A stretch of DNA of 64,000 bases from the human T2T-CHM13v2.0 reference genome, Homo sapiens. The position numbers were made by a program, and so were the translations under genes. Of the stretch, positions 12,935 through 24,514 are shown piece by piece. The notes beneath the pieces are model-generated. The model ran no database searches and was not told where the DNA came from. It saw nothing but the letters and a program-made list of their open reading frames with translations. The stretch lies in the NCBI RefSeq assembly GCF_009914755.1, contig NC_060931.1; one strand, 5' to 3'. Numbering within the stretch: position 1 is the stretch's first letter; every line of letters begins with the position of its first letter.

Positions 12935-15900
12935 TTCAACTCACAGAGTTTAACCTTTCTTTTCTTAGAGCAGTTTAGAAACACTCTGCTTGTTATGTCT
13001 GCAAGTGGATATTTGGACCTCTTTGAGGCCTTCGTTGCAAACGGGGTTTCTTCCTTTCATGCTAGACTAAGAAGAGTTCTCAGTAACTTTTTTGTGTTGT
13101 GTGTATTCAACTCACAGAGTTGAACCTTGCTTTAGAGAGAGCAGATTTGAAACACTCTTGCTGTGGCATTTTCAGGTGGAGATTTCAAGCGATTTGAGGA
13201 CAATTGCAGAAAAGGAAATATCTTCGTATAATAACCAGACAGAATCATTCTCAGAAAGTGCTTTGTGATGTGTGCGTTCAACTCACAGAGTTTAACCTTT
13301 CTTTTCATAGAGGAGTTTGGAAACACACTGTTTGTAAGGACTGCAAGTGGATATATGGACCTGTTTGAGGCCTTCGTTGGAAACGGGATTTCTTCATTGA
13401 ATGCTAGACGGAAGAATTCTCAGTAAATTCTTTGTGTTGTGTGCATTCAACTCACAGAGTGGAACGTCCCTTTAGACACAGCAGATTTGAAACACTCTTT
13501 TTGCGGAATTTGCAAGTGGAGATTTCTAGCCATTTGATGCCAACAGTAGAAAGGGAAATATCTTCAAATAAAAACCAGACAGAATCATTCTCAGAAAATT
13601 CTTTGTGATGTGTGCGTTCAACTCACATAGTTTAACCTTTCTTTTCATAGAGCAGTTTGGAAACACTCTGTTTGTAAAGTCTGCAAGTGGATATATGGAC
13701 CGCATTGAGGCCTTCGTTGGAAACGGGATTTCTTCATTTCATGCTAGACAGAAGAATTCTCAGTAACTTCTTTGTGCTGTGTGTATTCAACTCACAGAGT
13801 GGAACGTCCCTTTGCACAGAGCAGATTTGAAACACTCTTTTTGTGGAGTTTGCAAGTGGAGATTTCAAGCGATTTGATGCCAACAGTAGAAAAGGAAATA
13901 TCTTCAAATAAAAACTAGACAGAATCATTCTCAGAAACTACTTTGTGATGTGTGCCTTCAACTCACAGAGTTCAACCTTTCTTTTCTTAGAGCAGTTTAG
14001 AAACACTCTGCTTGTTATGTCTGCAAGTGGATATTTGGACCTCTTTGAGGCCTTCGTTGCAAACGGGGTTTCTTCCTTTCATGCTAGACTAAGAAGAGTT
14101 CTCAGTAACTTTTTTGTGTTGTGTGTATTCAACTCACAGAGTTGAACCTTGCTTTAGAGAGAGCAGATTTGAAACACTCTTGCTGTGGCATTTTCAGGTG
14201 GAGATTTCAAGCGATTTGAGGACAATTGCAGAAAAGGAAATATCTTCGTATAATAACCAGACAGAATCATTCTCAGAAAGTGCTTTGTGATGTGTGCGTT
14301 CAACTCACAGAGTTTAACCTTTCTTTTCATAGAGGAGTTTGGAAACACACTGTTTGTAAAGTCTGCAAGTGGATACATGGACCTGTTTGAGGCCTTCGTT
14401 GGAAACGGGATTTCTTCATTGAATGCTAGACGGAAGAATTCTCAGTAAATTCTTTGTGTTGTGTGCATTCAACTCACAGAGTGGAACGTCCCTTTAGACA
14501 GAGCAGATTTGAAACACTCTTTTTGCGGAATTTGCAAGTGGAGATTTCTAGCCATTTGATGCCAACAGTAGAAAGGGAAATATCTTCAAATAAAAACCAG
14601 ACAGAATCATTCTCAGAAAATTCTTTGTGATGTGTGCGTTCAACTCACATAGTTTAACCTTTCTTTTCATAGAGCAGTTTGGAAACACTCTGTTTGTAAA
14701 GTCTGCAAGTGGATATATGGACCGCATTGAGGCCTTCGTTGGAAACGGGATTTCTTCATTTCATGCTAGACAGAAGAATTCTCAGTAACTTCTTTGTGCT
14801 GTGTGTATTCAACTCACAGAGTGGAACGTCCCTTTACACAGAGCAGATTTGAAACACTCTTTTTGTGGAGTTTGCAAGTGGAGATTTCAAGCGATTTGAT
14901 GCCAACAGTAGAAAAGGAAATATCTTCAAATAAAAACTAGACAGAATCATTCTCAGAAACTACTTTGTGATGTGTGCCTTCAACTCACAGAGTTTAACCT
15001 TTCTTTTCTTAGAGCAGTTTAGAAACACTCTGCTTGTTATGTCTGCAAGTGGATATTTGGACCTCTTTGAGGCCTTCGTTGCAAACGGGGTTTCTTCCTT
15101 TCATGCTAGACTAAGAAGAGTTCTCAGTAACTTTTTTGTGTTGTGTGTATTCAACTCACAGAGTTGAACCTTGCTTTAGAGAGAGCAGATTTGAAACACT
15201 CTTGCTGTGGCATTTTCAGGTGGAGATTTCAAGCGATTTGAGGACAATTGCAGAAAAGGAAATATCTTCGTATAATAACCAGACAGAATCATTCTCAGAA
15301 AGTGCTTTGTGATGTGTGCGTTCAACTCACAGAGTTTAACCTTTCTTTTCATAGAGGAGTTTGGAAACACACTGTTTGTAAGGACTGCAAGTGGATATAT
15401 GGACCTGTTTGAGGCCTTCGTTGGAAACGGGATTTCTTCATTGAATGCTAGACGGAAGAATTCTCAGTAAATTCTTTGTGTTGTGTGCATTCAACTCACA
15501 GAGTGGAACGTCCCTTTAGACACAGCAGATTTGAAACACTCTTTTTGCGGAATTTGCAAGTGGAGATTTCTAGCCATTTGATGCCAACAGTAGAAAGGGA
15601 AATATCTTCAAATAAAAACCAGACAGAATCATTCTCAGAAAATTCTTTGTGATGTGTGCGTTCAACTCACATAGTTTAACCTTTCTTTTCATAGAGCAGT
15701 TTGGAAACACTCTGTTTGTAAAGTCTGCAAGTGGATATATGGACCGCATTGAGGCCTTCGTTGGAAACGGGATTTCTTCATTTCATGCTAGACAGAAGAA
15801 TTCTCAGTAACTTCTTTGTGCTGTGTGTATTCAACTCACAGAGTGGAACGTCCCTTTGCACAGAGCAGATTTGAAACACTCTTTTTGTGGAGTTTGCAAG

Positions 15901-17022
15901 TGGAGATTTCAAGCGATTTGATGCCAACAGTAGAAAAGGAAATATCTTCAAATAAAAACTAGACAGAATCATTCTCAGAAACTACTTTGTGATGTGTGCC
16001 TTCAACTCCCAGAGTTCAACCTTTCTTTTCTTAGAGCAGTTTAGAAACACTCTGCTTGTTATGTCTGCAAGTGGATATTTGGACCTCTTTGAGGCCTTCG
16101 TTGCAAACGGGGTTTCTTCCTTTCATGCTAGACTAAGAAGAGTTCTCAGTAACTTTTTTGTGTTGTGTGTATTCAACTCACAGAGTTGAACCTTGCTTTA
16201 GAGAGAGCAGATTTGAAACACTCTTGCTGTGGCATTTTCAGGTGGAGATTTCAAGCGATTTGAGGACAATTGCAGAAAAGGAAATATCTTCGTATAATAA
16301 CCAGACAGAATCATTCTCAGAAAGTGCTTTGTGATGTGTGCGTTCAACTCACAGAGGTTAACCTTTCTTTTCATAGAGGAGTTTGGAAACACACTGTTTG
16401 TAAGGACTGCAAGTGGATATATGGACCTGTTTGAGGCCTTCGTTGGAAACGGGATTTCTTCATTGAATGCTAGACGGAAGAATTCTCAGTAAATTCTTTG
16501 TGTTGTGTGCATTCAACTCACAGAGTGGAACGTCCCTTTAGACACAGCAGATTTGAAACACTCTTTTTGCGGAATTTGCAAGTGGAGATTTCTAGCCATT
16601 TGATGCCAACAGTAGAAAGGGAAATATCTTCAAATAAAAACCAGACAGAATCATTCTCAGCAAATTCTTTGTGATGTGTGCGTTCAACTCACATAGTTTA
16701 ACCTTTCTTTTCATAGAGCAGTTTGGAAACACTCTGTTTGTAAAGTCTGCAAGTGGATATATGGACCGCATTGAGGCCTTCGTTGGAAACGGGATTTCTT
16801 CATTTCATGCTAGACAGAAGAATTCTCAGTAACTTCTTTGTGCTGTGTGTATTCAACTCACAGAGTGGAACGTCCCTTTACACAGAGCAGATTTGAAACA
16901 CTCTTTTTGTGGAGTTTGCAAGTGGAGATTTCAAGCGATTTGATGCCAACAGTAGAAAAGGAAATATCTTCAAATAAAAACTAGACAGAATCATTCTCAG
17001 AAACTACTTTGTGATGTGTGCC

Positions 17023-17702
17023 TTCAACTCACAGAGTTTAACCTTTCTTTTCATAGAGGAGTTTGGAAACACACTGTTTGTAAAGTCTGCAAGTGGATAT
17101 ATGGACCTGTTTGAGGCCTTCGTTGGAAACGGGATTTCTTCATTGAATGCTAGACGGAAGAATTCTCAGTAAATTCTTTGTGTTGTGTGCATTCAACTCA
17201 CAGAGTGGAACGTCCCTTTAGACAGAGCAGATTTGAAACACTCTTTTTGCGGAATTTGCAAGTGGAGATTTCTAGCCATTTGATGCCAACAGTAGAAAGG
17301 GAAATATCTTCAAATAAAAACCAGACAGAATCATTCTCAGAAAATTCTTTGTGATGTGTGCGTTCAACTCACATAGTTTAACCTTTCTTTTCATAGAGCA
17401 GTTTGGAAACACTCTGTTTGTAAAGTCTGCAAGTGGATATATGGACCGCATTGAGGCCTTCGTTGGAAACGGGATTTCTTCATTTCATGCTAGACAGAAG
17501 AATTTTCAGTAACTTCTTTGTGCTGTGTGTATTCAACTCACAGAGTGGAACGTCCCTTTACACAGAGCAGATTTGAAACACTCTTTTTGTGGAGTTTGCA
17601 AGTGGAGATTTCAAGCGATTTGATGCCAACAGTAGAAAAGGAAATATCTTCAAATAAAAACTAGACAGAATCATTCTCAGAAACTACTTTGTGATGTGTG
17701 CT
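17023..17702 (+). repeat. 680-bp 4-mer HOR variant
   Basis: Same hybrid junction; C spacing 15989 to 17691 = 1702. Confidence 0.93.
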
Positions 17703-20700
17703 TTCAACTCACAGAGTTTAACCTTTCTTTTCTTAGAGCAGTTTAGAAACACTCTGCTTGTTATGTCTGCAAGTGGATATTTGGACCTCTTTGAGGCCTT
17801 CGTTGCAAACGGGGTTTCTTCCTTTCATGCTAGACTAAGAAGAGTTCTCAGTAACTTTTTTGTGTTGTGTGTATTCAACTCACAGAGTTGAACCTTGCTT
17901 TAGAGAGAGCAGATTTGAAACACTCTTGCTGTGGCATTTTCAGGTGGAGATTTCAAGCGATTTGAGGACAATTGCAGAAAAGGACATATCTTCGTATAAT
18001 AACCAGACAGAATCATTCTCAGAAAGTGCTTTGTGATGTGTGCGTTCAACTCACAGATTTTAACCTTTCTTTTCATAGAGGAGTTTGGAAACACACTGTT
18101 TGTAAGGACTGCAAGTGGATATATGGACCTGTTTGAGGCCTTCGTTGGAAACGGGATTTCTTCATTGAATGCTAGACGGAAGAATTCTCAGTAAATTCTT
18201 TGTGTTGTGTGCATTCAACTCACAGAGTGGAACGTCCCTTTAGACACAGCAGATTTGAAACACTCTTTTTGCGGAATTTGCAAGTGGAGATTTCTAGCCA
18301 TTTGATGCCAACAGTAGAAAGGGAAATATCTTCAAATAAAAACCAGACAGAATCATTCTCAGAAAATTCTTTGTGATGTGTGCGTTCAACTCACATAGTT
18401 TAACCTTTCTTTTCATAGAGCAGTTTGGAAACACTCTGTTTGTAAAGTCTGCAAGTGGATATATGGACCGCATTGAGGTCTTCGTTGGAAACGGGATTTC
18501 TTCATTTCATGCTAGACAGAAGAATTCTCAGTAACTTCTTTGTGCTGTGTGTATTCAACTCACAGAGTGGAACGTCCCTTTGCACAGAGCAGATTTGAAA
18601 CACTCTTTTTGTGGAGTTTGCAAGTGGAGATTTCAAGCGATTTGATGCCAACAGTAGAAAAGGAAATATCTTCAAATAAAAACTAGACAGAATCATTCTC
18701 AGAAACTACTTTGTGATGTGTGCCTTCAACTCCCAGAGTTCAACCTTTCTTTTCTTAGAGCAGTTTAGAAACACTCTGCTTGTTATGTCTGCAAGTGGAT
18801 ATTTGGACCTCTTTGAGGCCTTCGTTGCAAACGGGGTTTCTTCCTTTCATGGTAGACTAAGAAGAGTTCTCAGTAACTTTTTTGTGTTGTGTGTATTCAA
18901 CTCACAGAGTTGAACCTTGCTTTAGAGAGAGCAGATTTGAAACACTCTTGCTGTGGCATTTTCAGGTGGAGATTTCAAGCGATTTGAGGACAATTGCAGA
19001 AAAGGAAATATCTTCGTATAATAACCAGACAGAATCATTCTCAGAAAGTGCTTTGTGATGTGTGCGTTCAACTCACAGAGTTTAACCTTTCTTTTCATAG
19101 AGGAGTTTGGAAACACACTGTTTGTAAAGTCTGCAAGTGGATACATGGACCTGTTTGAGGCCTTCGTTGGAAACGGGATTTCTTCATTGAATGCTAGACG
19201 GAAGAATTCTCAGTAAATTCTTTGTGTTGTGTGCATTCAACTCACAGAGTGGAACGTCCCTTTAGACAGAGCAGATTTGAAACACTCTTTTTGCGGAATT
19301 TGCAAGTGGAGATTTCTAGCCATTTGATGCCAACAGTAGAAAGGGAAATATCTTCAAATAAAAACCAGACAGAATCATTCTCAGAAAATTCTTTGTGATG
19401 TGTGCGTTCAACTCACATAGTTTAACCTTTCTTTTCATAGAGCAGTTTGGAAACACTCTGTTTGTAAAGTCTGCAAGTGGATATATGGACCGCATTGAGG
19501 CCTTCGTTGGAAACGGGATTTCTTCATTTCATGCTAGACAGAAGAATTCTCAGTAACTTCTTTGTGCTGTGTGTATTCAACTCACAGAGTGGAACGTCCC
19601 TTTACACAGAGCAGATTTGAAACACTCTTTTTGTGGAGTTTGCAAGTGGAGATTTCAAGCGATTTGATGCCAACAGTAGAAAAGGAAATATCTTCAAATA
19701 AAAACTAGACAGAATCATTCTCAGAAACTACTTTGTGATGTGTGCTTTCAACTCACAGAGTTTAACCTTTCTTTTCTTAGAGCAGTTTAGAAACACTCTG
19801 CTTGTTATGTCTGCAAGTGGATATTTGGACCTCTTTGAGGCCTTCGTTGCAAACGGGGTTTCTTCCTTTCATGCTAGACTAAGAAGAGTTCTCAGTAACT
19901 TTTTTGTGTTGTGTGTATTCAACTCACAGAGTTGAACCTTGCTTTAGAGAGAGCAGATTTGAAACACTCTTGCTGTGGCATTTTCAGGTGGAGATTTCAA
20001 GCGATTTGAGGACAATTGCAGAAAAGGACATATCTTCGTATAATAACCAGACAGAATCATTCTCAGAAAGTGCTTTGTGATGTGTGCGTTCAACTCACAG
20101 ATTTTAACCTTTCTTTTCATAGAGGAGTTTGGAAACACACTGTTTGTAAGGACTGCAAGTGGATATATGGACCTGTTTGAGGCCTTCGTTGGAAACGGGA
20201 TTTCTTCATTGAATGCTAGACGGAAGAATTCTCAGTAAATTCTTTGTGTTGTGTGCATTCAACTCACAGAGTGGAACGTCCCTTTAGACACAGCAGATTT
20301 GAAACACTCTTTTTGCGGAATTTGCAAGTGGAGATTTCTAGCCATTTGATGCCAACAGTAGAAAGGGAAATATCTTCAAATAAAAACCAGACAGAATCAT
20401 TCTCAGAAAATTCTTTGTGATGTGTGCGTTCAACTCACATAGTTTAACCTTTCTTTTCATAGAGCAGTTTGGAAACACTCTGTTTGTAAAGTCTGCAAGT
20501 GGATATATGGACCGCATTGAGGTCTTCGTTGGAAACGGGATTTCTTCATTTCATGCTAGACAGAAGAATTCTCAGTAACTTCTTTGTGCTGTGTGTATTC
20601 AACTCACAGAGTGGAACGTCCCTTTGCACAGAGCAGATTTGAAACACTCTTTTTGTGGAGTTTGCAAGTGGAGATTTCAAGCGATTTGATGCCAACAGTA

Positions 20701-21789
20701 GAAAAGGAAATATCTTCAAATAAAAACTAGACAGAATCATTCTCAGAAACTACTTTGTGATGTGTGCCTTCAACTCCCAGAGTTCAACCTTTCTTTTCTT
20801 AGAGCAGTTTAGAAACACTCTGCTTGTTATGTCTGCAAGTGGATATTTGGACCTCTTTGAGGCCTTCGTTGCAAACGGGGTTTCTTCCTTTCATGGTAGA
20901 CTAAGAAGAGTTCTCAGTAACTTTTTTGTGTTGTGTGTATTCAACTCACAGAGTTGAACCTTGCTTTAGAGAGAGCAGATTTGAAACACTCTTGCTGTGG
21001 CATTTTCAGGTGGAGATTTCAAGCGATTTGAGGACAATTGCAGAAAAGGAAATATCTTCGTATAATAACCAGACAGAATCATTCTCAGAAAGTGCTTTGT
21101 GATGTGTGCGTTCAACTCACAGAGTTTAACCTTTCTTTTCATAGAGGAGTTTGGAAACACACTGTTTGTAAAGTCTGCAAGTGGATACATGGACCTGTTT
21201 GAGGCCTTCGTTGGAAACGGGATTTCTTCATTGAATGCTAGACGGAAGAATTCTCAGTAAATTCTTTGTGTTGTGTGCATTCAACTCACAGAGTGGAACG
21301 TCCCTTTAGACAGAGCAGATTTGAAACACTCTTTTTGCGGAATTTGCAAGTGGAGATTTCTAGCCATTTGATGCCAACAGTAGAAAGGGAAATATCTTCA
21401 AATAAAAACCAGACAGAATCATTCTCAGAAAATTCTTTGTGATGTGTGCGTTCAACTCACATAGTTTAACCTTTCTTTTCATAGAGCAGTTTGGAAACAC
21501 TCTGTTTGTAAAGTCTGCAAGTGGATATATGGACCGCATTGAGGCCTTCGTTGGAAACGGGATTTCTTCATTTCATGCTAGACAGAAGAATTCTCAGTAA
21601 CTTCTTTGTGCTGTGTGTATTCAACTCACAGAGTGGAACGTCCCTTTACACAGAGCAGATTTGAAACACTCTTTTTGTGGAGTTTGCAAGTGGAGATTTC
21701 AAGCGATTTGATGCCAACAGTAGAAAAGGAAATATCTTCAAATAAAAACTAGACAGAATCATTCTCAGAAACTACTTTGTGATGTGTGC
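17702..21789 (+). repeat. Recent 2044-bp (two-HOR) tandem duplication
   Basis: Rare variants at 17702, 17985, 18058, 18479 and 18852 all recur at +2044 (19746, 20029, 20102, 20523, 20896). Confidence 0.9.
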
Positions 21790-23834
21790 CTTCAACTCAC
21801 AGAGTTTAACCTTTCTTTTCTTAGAGCAGTTTAGAAACACTCTGCTTGTTATGTCTGCAAGTGGATATTTGGACCTCTTTGAGGCCTTCGTTGCAAACGG
21901 GGTTTCTTCCTTTCATGCTAGACTAAGAAGAGTTCTCAGTAACTTTTTTGTGTTGTGTGTATTCAACTCACAGAGTTGAACCTTGCTTTAGAGAGAGCAG
22001 ATTTGAAACACTCTTGCTGTGGCATTTTCAGGTGGAGATTTCAAGCGATTTGAGGACAATTGCAGAAAAGGAAATATCTTCGTATAATAACCAGACAGAA
22101 TCATTCTCAGAAAGTGCTTTGTGATGTGTGCGTTCAACTCACAGAGTTTAACCTTTCTTTTCATAGAGGAGTTTGGAAACACACTGTTTGTAAGGACTGC
22201 AAGTGGATATATGGACCTGTTTGAGGCCTTCGTTGGAAACGGGATTTCTTCATTGAATGCTAGACGGAAGAATTCTCAGTAAATTCTTTGTGTTGTGTGC
22301 ATTCAACTCACAGAGTGGAACGTCCCTTTAGACACAGCAGATTTGAAACACTCTTTTTGCGGAATTTGCAAGTGGAGATTTCTAGCCATTTGATGCCAAC
22401 AGTAGAAAGGGAAATATCTTCAAATAAAAACCAGACAGAATCATTCTCAGAAAATTCTTTGTGATGTGTGCGTTCAACTCACATAGTTTAACCTTTCTTT
22501 TCATAGAGCAGTTTGGAAACACTCTGTTTGTAAAGTCTGCAAGTGGATATATGGACCGCATTGAGGCCTTCGTTGGAAACGGGATTTCTTCATTTCATGC
22601 TAGACAGAAGAATTCTCAGTAACTTCTTTGTGCTGTGTGTATTCAACTCACAGAGTGGAACGTCCCTTTGCACAGAGCAGATTTGAAACACTCTTTTTGT
22701 GGAGTTTGCAAGTGGAGATTTCAAGCGATTTGATGCCAACAGTAGAAAAGGAAATATCTTCAAATAAAAACTAGACAGAATCATTCTCAGAAACTACTTT
22801 GTGATGTGTGCCTTCAACTCCCAGAGTTCAACCTTTCTTTTCTTAGAGCAGTTTAGAAACACTCTGCTTGTTATGTCTGCAAGTGGATATTTGGACCTCT
22901 TTGAGGCCTTCGTTGCAAACGGGGTTTCTTCCTTTCATGCTAGACTAAGAAGAGTTCTCAGTAACTTTTTTGTGTTGTGTGTATTCAACTCACAGAGTTG
23001 AACCTTGCTTTACAGAGAGCAGATTTGAAACACTCTTGCTGTGGCATTTTCAGGTGGAGATTTCAAGCGATTTGAGGACAATTGCAGAAAAGGAAATATC
23101 TTCGTATAATAACCAGACAGAATCATTCTCAGAAAGTGCTTTGTGATGTGTGCGTTCAACTCACAGAGGTTAACCTTTCTTTTCATAGAGGAGTTTGGAA
23201 ACACACTGTTTGTAAGGACTGCAAGTGGATATATGGACCTGTTTGAGGCCTTCGTTGGAAACGGGATTTCTTCATTGAATGCTAGACGGAAGAATTCTCA
23301 GTAAATTCTTTGTGTTGTGTGCATTCAACTCACAGAGTGGAACGTCCCTTTAGACACAGCAGATTTGAAACACTCTTTTTGCGGAATTTGCAAGTGGAGA
23401 TTTCTAGCCATTTGATGCCAACAGTAGAAAGGGAAATATCTTCAAATAAAAACCAGACAGAATCATTCTCAGCAAATTCTTTGTGATGTGTGCGTTCAAC
23501 TCACATAGTTTAACCTTTCTTTTCATAGAGCAGTTTGGAAACACTCTGTTTGTAAAGTCTGCAAGTGGATATATGGACCGCATTGAGGCCTTCGTTGGAA
23601 ACGGGATTTCTTCATTTCATGCTAGACAGAAGAATTCTCAGTAACTTCTTTGTGCTGTGTGTATTCAACTCACAGAGTGGAACGTCCCTTTACACAGAGC
23701 AGATTTGAAACACTCTTTTTGTGGAGTTTGCAAGTGGAGATTTCAAGCGATTTGATGCCAACAGTAGAAAAGGAAATATCTTCAAATAAAAACTAGACAG
23801 AATCATTCTCAGAAACTACTTTGTGATGTGTGCC

Positions 23835-24514
23835 TTCAACTCACAGAGTTTAACCTTTCTTTTCATAGAGGAGTTTGGAAACACACTGTTTGTAAAGTCT
23901 GCAAGTGGATATATGGACCTGTTTGAGGCCTTCGTTGGAAACGGGATTTCTTCATTGAATGCTAGACGGAAGAATTCTCAGTAAATTCTTTGTGTTGTGT
24001 GCATTCAACTCACAGAGTGGAACGTCCCTTTAGACAGAGCAGATTTGAAACACTCTTTTTGCGGAATTTGCAAGTGGAGATTTCTAGCCATTTGATGCCA
24101 ACAGTAGAAAGGGAAATATCTTCAAATAAAAACCAGACAGAATCATTCTCAGAAAATTCTTTGTGATGTGTGCGTTCAACTCACATAGTTTAACCTTTCT
24201 TTTCATAGAGCAGTTTGGAAACACTCTGTTTGTAAAGTCTGCAAGTGGATATATGGACCGCATTGAGGCCTTCGTTGGAAACGGGATTTCTTCATTTCAT
24301 GCTAGACAGAAGAATTCTCAGTAACTTCTTTGTGCTGTGTGTATTCAACTCACAGAGTGGAACGTCCCTTTACACAGAGCAGATTTGAAACACTCTTTTT
24401 GTGGAGTTTGCAAGTGGAGATTTCAAGCGATTTGATGCCAACAGTAGAAAAGGAAATATCTTCAAATAAAAACTAGACAGAATCATTCTCAGAAACTACT
24501 TTGTGATGTGTGCC
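23835..24514 (+). repeat. 680-bp 4-mer HOR variant
   Basis: Same hybrid junction; C spacing 22801 to 24503 = 1702. Confidence 0.93.

Larger units (their letters stand above)
1..19745 (+). repeat. Super-repeat domain: 4768-bp (28-monomer) units paired into a 9536-bp (56-monomer) tandem duplication
   Basis: Junctions at 2719/7487/12255/17023 and T>G variants at 2053/6821/11589/16357 recur every 4768 bp. Rare variants at 7969, 8166, 8449 and 8522 recur at +9536. Boundaries are approximate. Confidence 0.88.
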
